NCBI RefSeq assembly: GCF_902713615.1
Contig: NC_052158.1
Coordinates: forward strand, 20,518,546-20,582,545
DNA: 64,000 nt
DNA from: Scyliorhinus canicula
Lineage: Eukaryota
Direction of reading: 5' to 3'
Position 1 is the stretch's first letter; each line of letters starts with the position of its first letter. Made by a program: the position numbers and the translations under genes. Positions 1-11,711 of the stretch are shown here, piece after piece. The notes beneath the pieces are model-generated. The model was not told the DNA's origin. It did not search any database and saw nothing but the letters and a program-made list of their open reading frames with translations.

Positions 1-89
1 CCAGTACTTCCCTGTATATAACACACATGGGTTTTGTATCCTAATTTGCATGGGCAAAATTAACAATGCTATACCTCAAGAAATCATCT

Positions 90-205
90 GGGCAGCACGG
101 TAGCACAGTGCTAGGGTTCCACGTTCGATTGCTGGCTTGGGTCACTATCTGTGTGGAGTCTACACGTTCTCCCTGTGTCTGCGTTGGTTTCCTCCCACTG
201 CTTTG
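90..205 (+). mobile_element. HE1-type V-SINE, degenerate 5' part
   Basis: GGGCAGCACGGTAGCACAGTG head and GGGTCACT.TCTGTGTGGAGTCT core, shared with many copies in the window. Confidence 0.8.
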
Positions 206-482
206 CCCTGCTGTGGACTCTCCTGGGCACTCTCCACAACAGATCCAGTTGGAGATCCTGGCCTATTTCTGTCTCTGGCCCTCTCTTCCATAATACAAAA
301 TGATCCATCTTCAGTTCTTCCTCCTCCATGATTTCACGCTCGAAACACGATGGGCATGTCACGTCTGTGCCTGTGCCATGCACGTGACCTGTTCTCTGCT
401 GCCGCCGGGAAGACTCCAGCTTTTGCATTTATGGGTCGGTCATGGCTGGCATTAAAAGCCAGTCTCAGCCGTCGGACACCTC

Positions 483-829
483 ACACAATAGCACAGTGGT
501 TAGCAATGCAGCCTCGTAGCACCAGGGACCCAGGTTCAATCCCAGCCTTGGGTAACTGTCTGTGTGGAGTTTTCACATTATCCCCGTGTCTGTGTGCGTT
601 TTCTCCGGGTGCTCCGGTTTCCTCCTGCAGTCCAAAGATGTGCAGCATAGATGGATTAGTCATGCTAAATTGACCATAGTGTCCAAAAAGGTAGGTGGGG
701 TTATGGGGTTGCAGAAATAGGGGAGGGGGGGGAAGTGCTCCTTGGTAGGGTCCTCGTTCAGTGCTTCGGTGTAGACTCCAAGGGCCGAATGGCCTCCTTC
801 TGCACTGTAGAGATTCTATGATTCTATTA
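483..829 (+). mobile_element. HE1-type V-SINE
   Basis: tRNA-like head, V-domain core, GGGCCGAATGGCCTCCTTCTGCACTGT tail, (GATTCTAT)n end. Confidence 0.9.
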
Positions 830-1037
830 CCCTCCTGACCTCTGCCCATGACCCACCATGGGTCGCAACCCTGAAGTTGAAAAACCCTGCTGAGAGCTTC
901 AATTCATCTGCATTGTCCCATATTTAGCTTAGGTGTTTTGGGCTTGCCGAGGAATACATTTCTCTCAAACCATATTGATTATCTCACTATTTTATGCCTC
1001 TTTTCAAGATTTTCTGGCAGTATGTCTCCAACCTCCG

Positions 1038-1921
1038 GGGCGGCACAGTAGCACAGTGGTTAGCACTATTGCTTGACAGCGCCAGGGTCCCAGGTTCAAT
1101 TCCCGGCTTGGATCACTGTCTGTGCAGAGTCTGCACGTTCTCCCCGTGTCTGCGTGGGCTTCCTCCGGGTGTTCCGGTTTCCTCCCTCTAATCCCGAAAG
1201 ACGTGCTGCTGGGTAATTTGGACATTCTGAATTCTCTCTGTGTCCCTGAACAGGCGCCGGACTGTGGCAACTCGGGGCTTTTCACAGTGGCGTCATTGCA
1301 CTGTTAATGAAAGCTGTCATGTGAGAGTACCTTTAAGAAATGGATGTTTAAGCAATGCACCTTTAAGAAATGGAGCAGCACATATTACTGAAGTGATGTC
1401 AGAGGGTTGGGTGAGCTGAGCTGAGCTCACTTCTGTTTTTGGTTTCAGTTTTGAGGAAAAGAGCTTGGGTGTGTCTGTGTTTGCAGTGAGCTGGATCTGC
1501 TGTGATCTCTGCCATGAAAGACTATCTCTGAATCATTTGGGTGATTTAAACTCGTAATAGTAATGTCTTTAACCTGATGTGTTTCTGTTTAAAGGTGTTA
1601 AGTCTCTTGGATGTTTAAAGGAAAAACGGAAGGATTATTTAGTGTTGTATTATTTTCGGGCTTATCTTTGAAGTAAGGGGTGTTAAGTGATCCAATGTTT
1701 ATTGAAAAGGTTAAGTTGAGTTAATGGAATAAACATTGCTTTGTGTTTAAAAACCCACGTGTCCATAATTATAATACCACACCTGGAGAACAAGCCGTGT
1801 GCTTCAAAAAAAACCCAATACATTAAAGGGGGAGGTTGGTTGAACTCCATGATACATTTTGGCGTTCTGAAAACGCCTCTCCCATAACAAAGCCTATTTG
1901 TGACAATAAAGATTATTATTA
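1038..1921 (+). mobile_element. HE1-head SINE with alternative tail, interrupted by a solo LTR
   Basis: Head at 1038; tail ...GTTAATGAAAGC resumes as AAGCCTATTTGTGACAATAAAGATTATTATT after the LTR. Confidence 0.85.
1315..1889. mobile_element. Solo LTR with 4-bp TSD AAGC
   Basis: TGTCATG...CATAACA imperfect inverted termini; AAGC at 1311-1314 and 1890-1893; splits a SINE tail. Confidence 0.85.
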
Positions 1922-2264
1922 AAAACCACATTTCCTTATCACTTCTCTTTTCCCATTTATTATTTTCACCATTTCCTAAAGTCACTATTGATCCTGATGT
2001 TGGACTTTTAAAGGGTTGTGATCACTATCACTGAGAAGTTCTTCCATTCCCTATCTGTTTGGCATCATTGTTCATGCCAAGACCAAGAACACAGCTTTTC
2101 CTCAGAATGGCAGCGATGAGGAAAGGTCTTTGAGTTGAAACATGTTTCTCCCTCCACAGATGCTGCCTGACCCACTGAGTGTTCCCAGCACTTCTTGTTT
2201 TAATTCTGCAGCATTTTGCTTTTGTTTTAGTGATTCTTTCCTTGAATTTCAGATGTACTGAGTT

Positions 2265-2610
2265 AGAATTCATAGAATTTACAGTGCAGAAGGAGGCCAT
2301 TCGGCCCATCGAGTCTGCACCGGCTCTTGGAATGAGCTCCCTACCCAAGCCCATACCTCCACCCTATCGCCATAACCCAGTAACCCCACCTAACACTAAG
2401 GGCAATTTGGACCCTGAGGGCAATTTAGCCTGGCCAATTCACCTAACCTGCACATCTTTGGACTGTGGGAGGAAACCGGAGCACCCGGAGGAAACCCACG
2501 CAGACATGGGGAGAACGTGCAGACTCCACACAGACCCAAGCCGGGATTCGAACCTGAGACTCTGGAGCTGTGAAGCATTTTGTGCTAACCACTATGCTAC
2601 CGTGCTGCCC
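2265..2610 (-). mobile_element. HE1-type V-SINE
   Basis: Reverse complement of head (GCTACCGTGCTGCCC) and tail (ATAGAATTTACAGTGCAGAAGG). Confidence 0.9.
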
Positions 2611-2733
2611 TAGAAAGGAGTCTTGTCTATGGTGTTATTACAGAACCAGACCAGACCCCAACTTGTATTGCAAACCAGACGTGGAACCCCAACAATTTTT
2701 CAATTTGTCAACGGTGCGGAAAGGATACTTGTA

Positions 2734-2835
2734 AATGAAATGAAATGAAAATCGCTTATTGTCATGAGTAGGCTTCAATGAAGATACTGTGAAAAGCCCC
2801 TAGTCGCCACATTCCGGCGCCTGTCCGGGGAGGCT
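2734..2835 (-). mobile_element. Short tRNA-head SINE family 2, 5'-truncated
   Basis: (AAATG)n tail plus AAAATCGCTTATTGTCA...CCACATTCCGGCGCCTG, shared with 7 other copies. Confidence 0.8.
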
Positions 2836-3140
2836 TTGCTCCAGAATGATTCCAGTGACAAATAGGGATCTTTTATGTTTAAAACAAATTTATTATCAAC
2901 ACAGGAGTAACCACATTAACATCAGAGAGAAATAGTTCTCCAATTAAAGTTAAGTTAACATTAAGTTCTTAAAAAAAAAACAGGGAAACACTTTAACTAC
3001 TACCGTTTTCCTCTGTTTCCAACTGAGCAATGTTTTAGCAAAGTAGCAGATCAAAAGCCACCGATAAATCAAGTGAGAAAACTAACAAGTTTTTTATTTT
3101 TATTTTTCAGTAGTTGGGAAGTTAGTTCAGTGGGAATGGA

Positions 3141-3460
3141 GGGGGCCTCACGGTAGCATGGTGGTTAGCATCAATGCTTCACAGCTCCAGGGTCCCAGGT
3201 TTGATTCCCGGCTGGGTCACTGTCTGTGTGGAGTCTGCACGTCCTCCCCGTGTGTGCGTGGGTTTCCTCCGGGTGCTCCGGTTTCCTCCCACAGTCCTAA
3301 GATGTGCGGGTTAGGTGGATTGGCCATGCTAAATTGCCCGTAGTGTAAGGTTAATGGGGGGATTGTTGGGTTACGGGTTACGTGGGTTTAAGTAGGGTGA
3401 TCATTGCTCGGCACAACATCGAGGGCCGAAGGGCCTGTTCTGTACTGTTCTATTCTTCTA
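3141..3460 (+). mobile_element. HE1-type V-SINE
   Basis: Full head and core; GGGCCGAAGGGCCTGTTCTGTACTG tail. Confidence 0.9.
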
Positions 3461-3654
3461 TAAAAAATCACAGGAACCTTGCTGTATTATTTTGTAGAGA
3501 TTTATTTTTAGAAATGGAGAGAGAAACCCTTTCGGGTACAGCCTGCAAATCCTTCTGTCTCTGTTCGGCTAAAAACATGAAAACTGCTTGCTACACACAT
3601 GGCCCCTCCCGTTAATTACATCATCTCTACCACACTAATTGTCTCATGACCACC

Positions 3655-3886
3655 TTTAAAAAAAAATAAAAATTTAGAGTACCCAATATATTTTTTCCCA
3701 ATGAAGGGACAATTTAGCGTGGCCAATCCAACTAGCCTGCGCATCTTTGGGTTGTGGAGGTCAAACCCACGCAAACACGGGGAGAATGTGCAAACTCCAC
3801 ACGGGCAGTGACCCAGAGCTGGGATCAAATCTGGGATTTCAGTGCCTGAAGGCAGCAGTGCTAACCACTGTGCCACCTTTCTGCCC
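3655..3886 (-). mobile_element. HE1-type SINE, short A-tail subfamily
   Basis: Reverse-complement head and core; AATTTAGAGTACCCAAT tail. Confidence 0.85.
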
Positions 3887-3931
3887 TTCTCATGACCATT
3901 TTAACAAAGGCTAAATACAATGTAGAATTAA

Positions 3932-4275
3932 AGAATCATAGAATTTACAGTGCAGAAGGAGGCTATTCGGCCCATCGAGTCTGCACCAGCCCTTACAAAG
4001 AGCACCCGACTCAAGCCCACATATCTACCCGATCCCCATAACCCAGTAACCCCCACCTAACCTTTTTCCGGACACTAAGGGCAATTTAGCATAGCCAATC
4101 CACCTAACCTGCAAATCTTTGGACTGTGGGAGGAAACCGGAGCACCCAAAGGAAACCCACGCAGACATGGGGAGAACATGCAGACTCCGCACAAACTGTA
4201 ACCCAGCCGGGAATCGAACCTGGGATTCCGGACCTGTGAAACAACTGTGCTAACCACTATGCTACCGTGCTGCCC
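3932..4275 (-). mobile_element. HE1-type V-SINE
   Basis: Reverse-complement head, core and tail. Confidence 0.9.
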
Positions 4276-4289
4276 TGTCAACACAATCC

Positions 4290-4640
4290 TTGAATCTCTC
4301 ATGCAGGGCACGGGCAGGGTGGATCGGGAACAGCTGTTCCCCTTAGTTAAAGGGTCAGTCACCAAGTTCAAGGTGAGGGACAGGGCGTTTGGTGGGGTGT
4401 GAGGAAATATATTTTTACCCAGAAGGTGGTGATAGCCTGAAATGCACTGCTTGGGAGGATCGTAGATGCAGATGGCCTCACATCCTTTAAAAAATACTCT
4501 GATGAGCACTTGTTATGTCACAACATTCAAGGCTGTGTGCCAAGTGCTGGCAAATAGGATTAGGTAGGTGTGTCAGGTGTTTTTCATTTGTCGGTACAGA
4601 CTCAATCAGCTAAAGGGCCTCTTCTGCGCTGCAGTATCTG
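4290..4640 (+). mobile_element. Degenerate CR1 LINE 3' end
   Basis: Resembles the 3' ends of other CR1 copies here (CCCAGAAGGTGGTG...GCCTGAAATGCACTG; AAGGGCCTCTTCTG). Confidence 0.55.
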
Positions 4641-5193
4641 TAATCCTTTAATTCTCCACACCCCAGGTAAACTTATTTCTATAAACAAAATTCTATTAAC
4701 CCCATATAGCTAAACAAGTACATGATTGGAATTAATTAGTTTCTCAGTTTTATGACATCTTAATTGCATCTTTTGCAGACACACCACCTGCCTGTATGTT
4801 AAACCAGGATTTTAATAACATTCCTGCCATAGATGTATATAATACAAACTATATTAAAAATTTCTACATTCATAACAATGCAAAACGCAATTCCCTTTTC
4901 TCCTTCCTTCTAGTTGATGGAACTTTTTCTTAATTATTTTCTCAATCTGTGTACATTTTGTAACACTTGCTGTTAGTTCCCCTCTTCCTTTCTATGAGTT
5001 ATGTACCGTTAACTCGTGCAACTTCTCTGTTACCATACCTTCTTTTTCTTCCTAAATATGTTATATCTGGTAATATTTAGCTGTCAATGAATTCGCTATG
5101 TAACCATGTTGCAGTCATCCCTTCTATGTGAAAAATCTCTCCATTAATTAGTGCCTCCCGTTCATTCATGTCATTTTGAATTTCAAGTACCTT

Positions 5194-5593
5194 GGGGGCG
5201 ATGCCCCGAGCCGGGACAGAGAATTGCTGTAACCGTGCCACGACGCCCCGATGCCGGCGCGCGATTCTCCGAGGTGCGGAGAATTGGCGCCATTTGCGCC
5301 GGCGCGTTTGGCGCGGCGCCGGCAGCGGGCCGCTGAAATTGGCTGGGCCGCCGATTCTCCGGCCTAGATGGGCCGAGCGGCCGCCAGGATCCGACACAGA
5401 GTCCCGCCGGTGCCGTTCATCCCTGGTCGCTGCCAGCGGGAACTCTGCTCGAACGGTCGGGGGGGGCGGCCTGTTGGGGGTGGGGAGGGGGCTCCTTCAC
5501 CGGGGGGGGGGGGGGGGGGCCTCCGATGGGGTTTGGCCCGCGATTGGGGCCCACCGATCAGCAGGCCGGCCTCCATATTGGAGAATCGCCCCC
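5194..5593. mobile_element. GC-rich MITE, PIF/Harbinger-like termini
   Basis: TIR GGGGGCGAT.C.CC ... GGAGAATCGCCCCC; internal repeats of GATTCTCC/GGAGAAT. Confidence 0.75.
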
Positions 5594-6442
5594 ATTGTTT
5601 CACCAACGTTTTAAATTGCTTTCACTTTTTATTCTTTTTGTTTTGAGAGTTAGTTCAGCTTTTTGTTGCTCGCCAAGGGAAGTGCAAAGATGCGAAAATA
5701 ACAACATCGCCATCCTGTCAAACTGTTGATCAACTTGTGATTTTTTACACTCTGTGCCGTGCTGTGACAGTATAAAGCTATGAAAGTATATCTCTGGTGC
5801 TGCATCATTCTCCAGAAAACCTTCATTATCCTTTCATAAATGCACAATTTTGGTGTTTCTGTTTCCTCATTAACTGTACATGCTGAACTTGTTCATGCAC
5901 AAGATTACAAATAAATCCTGAAGCTGCTTTTGTTCAGCTGTCTTGCTGAGCTGCTCCAGCATTGTTTTACGTTTGACACTTCTGTTGGTGTCAAAATAAA
6001 CATCTCACATTTCAACACTGCAGAGTTCCGCCGATCTCAACGTAAAGTTGTCATTTTGAAGTAAAGCATCTTAATAATCATCACCTTAAAATGACCTCTT
6101 CTGCACCAACATGTACTTGAAAAGAGGGGATGAGAGTTTCAATCAACAAACTTAGTTAAAATAAAGGACACATGAGATATGAAAAGGTAAATGATGCCTT
6201 ATTAGTTCGGGGCGATGACAGGCAGGGGAAGAGTTTTGTATTGATTAGGGGAAATTCTAGGTATGTGTAAAGGAACGATCTGATACTGAATGAGAGAAAT
6301 TACAGATGTGTGAACAGGAAGTATCTCTTACTGGTTATAATACAGATGCTGCACGGAATTTTTGATTTGAAACATGCAAACATATAAGCAGGAGGAGGCC
6401 ATTTGGCCCTTTGAGCCTCTCTAGTCCTGTTAGAATTTTATA

Positions 6443-6775
6443 GGGCGGCACTGTGGCACAGTAGTTAGCACTGCTGCTTCGCAGCTTAAGGGACCCGGGT
6501 TCAATTTCGGCCTTGGGACACTGTGTGGAGTTTGCACTTTCTCCCCATGTCTGCGTGGGTTTCCCCCAGGTGCTCTGCTTTCCTCGCACAGTTCAAAGAT
6601 GTGCAGGTTAGGTGAATTGGCCCTGCTAAATTGCCCTTTAGTGTTCAAAAGATTAGGCAGTGTTACCGGAGATAGGTGGAGGTACAGGCTTAAGTAAGGT
6701 GCTCTTTCCAAGGGCCGATGCGGATTCGATGGGCCGAATGGCCTCCTTCTGCACTGTCGGGATTCTAAGATTAAA
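6443..6775 (+). mobile_element. HE1-type V-SINE
   Basis: Head, core and tail present. Confidence 0.9.
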
Positions 6776-6802
6776 GAAGGATTAAAGAGTCCCAGCCCTG
6801 CT

Positions 6803-6967
6803 GCGGGAATTCTCCATCGGCAGGATCCTCCGCAGCGCACCCATGCCCACACGTCGGGGGGGGGCACAATGGCAAACCCCATTGGCCGGCGGCGGGAACA
6901 GAGAATCCTGCTGCCGGCGAGGGCGCGGCCCGTCCGAAAACGGGGCTGGCGGGACGGAGAATCCCGC
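6803..6967. mobile_element. Short GC-rich MITE
   Basis: GCGGGAATTCTCC ... GGAGAATCCCGC inverted termini. Confidence 0.7.
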
Positions 6968-7222
6968 ACCTGCTGTTTCAATGAGATCTTCCCTCATTCT
7001 TCCAAGCTCCAGTGAATGTATTCCTAACCGATTCAATCTATCCTCATACATCAGTCCCGCCATCCCAGGAATCAGTGTGGTAAACCTTGACTGCACTCCC
7101 TCTACAGCAGGGGTGGACAAACTTTTCCGTGCAAGGGCCACATTCAGAAATTCACAATTTTAAAGGGCCGCATAGTATATTAAGTAAAATAATTAATATT
7201 TAAAATAGCCAAAATAAAAGGT

Positions 7223-7600
7223 TTTTAAAGAAAAACAATTAATTTTTATTAATTAATATTTTAAAGTAGAAACTTCACATGAAACACATTTATTTGAAAA
7301 ACAAAGTAACTCAGTTTAAAGAAAAAAAAGCAATTAATTTTTATTAATTAATATTTTAAAGTAGAAACTTTACATGCAACACATTTATTTGAAAAACAAA
7401 GTAACTCAGTTTAAAGAAAAAAAAGCAATTAATTTTTATTAATTAATATTTTAAAGTAGAAACTTTACATGCAACACATTTATTTGAAAAACAAAGTAAC
7501 TCAGTTTAAAGAAAAAAAAGCAATTAATTTTTATTAATTAATATTTTAAAGTAGAAACTTCACATGAAACACATTTATTTGAAAAACAAAGTAACTCAGT
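7223..7600 (+). repeat. AT-rich tandem repeat, 95-bp unit, about 4 copies, inside the hAT element
   Basis: AATTAATTTTTATT recurs at 7237, 7332, 7427 and 7522. Confidence 0.95.
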
Positions 7601-7616
7601 AAGTAACAGAACAATG

Positions 7617-7928
7617 TCAATGAGAATGATGCATCTGACTGCAGTCATTTACCAGTCTGTTAAAATCAGGTGTCAAGTTGCTTGTGCTGGTCCTTAACAC
7701 TGACTGAAGATTTGAGTCTGTGAGAAGTGATCTGTTCTTTGACTTGTTAACTTTCATTCTAGAGAAAGTCTGCTCACAAATGTAAGTTGATGCAAACAAC
7801 ACAAACATCTTTCTTGCAAATTTTTTAAGATTTTGAAACTTTTCTGAATGCAGAGATGCATAAAACTCGACCAGTGGTTTACTTTCAAACATCCTCTTTA
7901 AAGAAATATACGAGTCTAACAGATTCAA
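7617..7928 (-). pseudogene. hAT transposase C-terminal dimerisation-domain remnant
   Basis: FASTYICEQTFSRMKVNKSKNRSLLTDSNLQSVLR matches the hAT C-terminal motif (S/T-Y-x-C-E-x-x-F-S ... R-S-x-L-T-D). Confidence 0.85.
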
Positions 7929-9008
7929 ACATGAAATTGCCAGTATTTTCAGTGCAAATAGGGTTGAAAGTCCTTACAAAAAAAACTTTTTTTTCAAGCT
8001 CTACGGACTGAGCCAGAGTGTGGTCGTGCGGGAAGCCAACAGAAGCACATCCGAGTCATGAGCCTAGCAGAGTCAACGATGCGGGCGAGCGTAGTGGGGT
8101 AGATGAGCGGGGCTGTCTTATTGGTGGGTATAGTTGGGTGCGTCCAATAGCACGGTCGTAGTAGTCCCAGTTGTAACCAATTAGCGTGCGGCATATACCT
8201 CAGCGCTTCCCCCGGCGGCATCCTGCCTTTAGCCCTCTTTTTCTCTACTTTTCAAAAATGGCGCTTCACCCGGTTATGATTCTGGGCGCCTCATATGACT
8301 TGATCTTGGTGGGCTGCATAAAGACCTTTGGCGGGCTGCATGTGGCCCGCGGGCCGTAGTTTGCGCACCCCTGCTCTACAGCAAGAACATCCTTCCTTGC
8401 ATAAGAACCGGGAGTACACACAATATTCCATATATATAGTCTCACCAAGGCCCTATAGAATTGCAGCAAGACATCCCTGCTCCTGTACCGAACCCTCTCA
8501 AACCATTTACCTTCTTTACCACCTGCTGCACCTGCATGCTTACTTTCAGCAAGAACTCCCAAGTTTCATTTCACATTCCTCTCTCTCAATCTATAGTCAT
8601 TCAGCTAATAGTCTTCTGCCTTCCTATTTTTGTTGCCAAAGTGGATAACCTCCCATTTATCCACATTTTACTACATCTGCCATGCACGTGCCCACTCTCT
8701 CAGCCTGTCCAAATCCCACTGAAGCATCTCTGCATCCTCCTCACAGCTCACCCTCCCCCACCCGACTTTGTGTCGTCTGTAAATTTCAGATATTATGTTT
8801 AGCTCCCTCCCTCTAAATAATTAATATATATTGTGAATAGCTGGGGCTCCAGCACTGATCCCTACGGTATCCCGCTAGTCACTGCCTGCCATATGGAAAA
8901 GGATCAGTTCTTTCCGACTCTTTATTTCCTGTCTGCCAACCAGTTTTCTATCCATCTCAAGTCACTACCCCCAATCCCATGTGCTTTAATTTTATACAGT
9001 CATGCCTT

Positions 9009-9201
9009 GGCCGGAATTCTCTGGCCGTTTGCTGGTGGGGCATTCTCCTGTCCTGCTGGCAGGGCATCCCCTCCTGTTGGGGTGGGGTGGCTTCAATGAG
9101 AATTCCTATTGACCAGCGGCGGGAGCAGAGAATCCCGCCGCCAGTGAATGGCGCGCTGTCTCCCGCCACCGAGAAACACACGGCTGGGCGCCCAGAGAAT
9201 C
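9009..9201. mobile_element. Short GC-rich MITE inserted in CR1
   Basis: GGCCGGAATTCTCTGG ... CCAGAGAATC termini. Confidence 0.65.
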
Positions 9202-9775
9202 TTACCCCTTATGTGGGACTTTGTCAAACGCCTTCTGGAAGTCCAGATAAACCACATCCACTGGCTCCCCCTCGTCATCTCTGCTTTTTATGCCCTCAAA
9301 GAATTCCAGAACCAGGGGGAGTGAGAGACATGCCTTTTGGCGTAGTCCCTTATCTGATGGAAAATAATACGAATCTATACAACACATTTGACCAACACTC
9401 CCTCTGTGAGTGTTACATGAGGTTAAGCACTTTGCAGTTCTGCAACACATTCACAGTTCATGGCTTCACACTATAGCCTATAGATTATGTGATAAACTGT
9501 CTGCCTTTTCATCCTTTCCTATTTGACACATCAAGACTTATATTACGTCTGACCATCAAAGAGTCACATGCCTGATTGACTGCTCTGTTATTTGCATCTG
9601 TGCTGAAGTGAGAATGGTTGGTTTTGCTTTGGGTGAACACTTGTTGAGTTTGAGTTTTTTTTTTAGTTGCGGAGCTCAGCAGTATTTACATTCAACCAAA
9701 AGAAACGACCGTGTGTAAGACTTCCTTCAGCATCAGCAGACAGAACAACAGGAGCAATAAGAAAAGACATAGGGC

Positions 9776-10000
9776 AGGGTTGCACGATGGCGCAGTTGGA
9801 TAGCACCACTGCCCCATGGTACTGAGGTCCCAGGTTCGATCCCGGCTCTGGGTCACTGTCCGTGTGGTGTTTGCACATTCTCCCCGTGTTTGTGTGGGTT
9901 TGGTCCCCACAACCCAAAGATGTGCAGGGTAGGTGGATTGACCACGCTAAATTGCTCCTTAGTTGTAAAAAATTAATTGGTACTCTAAATTTATTTTAAA
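9776..10000 (+). mobile_element. HE1-type SINE, short A-tail subfamily
   Basis: Head and core; TTGGTACTCTAAATTTA tail. Confidence 0.85.
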
Positions 10001-10499
10001 AGAGGCTTTTCCAGCTGTTCCCCTCAGTGGGACCTTCTAGCCCTGCTGAAGGCGACTCCTCCCCTCCCTCACCCACGGTGGGTTCCCGGCAGCGGGGTGG
10101 GCAAGACATTCAAAACATCAGAGACTTCGGTGGTACCAGACGATCAAGTTGGCGGCGAAAGGCGACTCCCTTCTACGGAAAACATGCCACGGGAAGGAGC
10201 CTGGAAGTTTCCGGCCACAAAGGGAGGAGCTGTAATGTTGGAACGTGAGATGCTTGCGAGTTCAGCATTGAAAAGTGCCGTCTGGGAGTTAATTTGTTTC
10301 AGTGCAAAAATAAACTTTATTTGTAAAATATCTGAAAGAACACCACAAAACATTTCAAAATGGCCGTGACGGAAAGTGCAATAATAGTTATGTTTTCTAC
10401 ACAGATCAAGTTGCACTCTGAGGTTCTTCCATACAATTGTGATGTATGTAATATTCACTGAACACATTCAATGTAAGTCATATAGCCTGAGGGGATTCT

Positions 10500-11244
10500 A
10501 TACAATTTCACTACCCCGGTTCACTGTGGAAGGTCTTAGACAGTGACCTACCCCCCATTGGGGTAGCCCTGGGCTTCCATAGTCCTGGGCTTTGGAATGT
10601 GCCAGTCTGCAACACTCAGATGGGTACAACGCTTTGCATTGGAAGACTAACAAGTTTCGAGCAGACCAAAGAATATTTTTCACCGAGTTGACTATCGTCC
10701 AGCAGAAGCTGATGTTTGTCTTGGTGTGTGTCTCTGGCAACAACCCGTAGATCACAGTATTCTCCGTCAGGGAGCTGCTCAGCATGAACCTCGACAAAAA
10801 ACACCACCTCACTAGTCCTTCTTTGCAAAGGAACATTCCCCAGGGAGTTGTACAATGGTGTCTCCCCACCCCAGTCACCTCGAGGGCAATGTGCGGTGGC
10901 ACAGAGACTGAGGGGTGTGTCGGAAGGATCTGATGGGGACCATTCTCACCACCAGCCAAGCCAGGGCCTGCTGCTTGTTTTAAAGTTCTGGTGATGAGAC
11001 ATTCTGCCAAATAACCTTAACAGTCTGGTCATGGAACCATCCGACAGGATCCACCATCTCCTTTTCCCAAATGTCATCTTGGACATTACAGCCTGATAGA
11101 CTTGTGGTCAAAGGTGTTTCTCTGCACAAATGTTTGTATGAGGGACAGGTTGTTTGGCACAGCCCAACTACTTGGAACCTTTGCGGCAGTGTGCCCAGAC
11201 ACACCCTTTGCAACACTGGGGACAGGTAGAACCTCAGCACATAC
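10500..11244 (-). mobile_element. Tx1/L1-clade LINE ORF2 3' fragment
   Basis: YGLLPETHTKTNISFCWTIVNSVKNILWSARNLLVFQCK...CCRLAHSK resembles the Tx1-type ORF2 C-terminus as I recall it; degenerate zinc-knuckle region upstream. Confidence 0.65.
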
Positions 11245-11699
11245 GGCGCGATTCTCGGATCGCAGGATAGAGTGCCGCGCCGTCGTGAACGCCATCGTGA
11301 AACGGGCACGGGCAGTAGCGATTCTGGTCCCCACAGGGGTCCAGCATGGCGCTGGAGCGGTTCATGCCACTCCAGCCTCACTCCCTGGCGCTCACTGGTG
11401 GCCGCGCCAACCTGCGCATGCACGGTGGCTTTATGGAACGCGTCAGCCCCGACGCAACTTGGCGCTGGAGTTCTGGGGCCGGACGCGCAACAAAGTAGGC
11501 CTGGGGGGGGGGGGAGGGGGGAGAGGCCGGCGTGAACACTTCACGCTGAGTTCCCGCCGGCAGCGACCAGGTGTGGACAGCACCGGCGGGACTCTGCTTT
11601 ATCCGCGCGGCCGCTCGACCCATCCGGAGAATCGACGGCCCGGCCTCGTACAGCGGCGTGGCTTCTCCGGCCCGGCGCATGGCTGGGAGAATCGCGCCC
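11245..11699. mobile_element. GC-rich MITE
   Basis: GGCGCGATTCTC ... GGAGAATCGCGCCC TIRs. Confidence 0.8.
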
Positions 11700-11711
11700 T
11701 TAGTAACACTT

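Larger units (their letters stand above)
7108..8373 (-). mobile_element. Internally deleted hAT (Charlie-like) DNA transposon with 8-bp TSD
   Basis: TIRs CAGGGGTGGACAAACT / AGTTTGCGCACCCCTG; TSD CTCTACAG at 7100-7107 and 8374-8381. Confidence 0.92.
6968..9270 (-). mobile_element. CR1 LINE ORF2 (RT) fragment interrupted by a hAT element and a MITE
   Basis: VDVVYLDFQKAFDKVPH (ORF 9202-9450); sequence is contiguous across the hAT TSD. Confidence 0.85.

Noticed and set aside
2633-3087. Solo LTR suggested by TGTTA...TAACA termini
   Set aside because: No target-site duplication at these boundaries.
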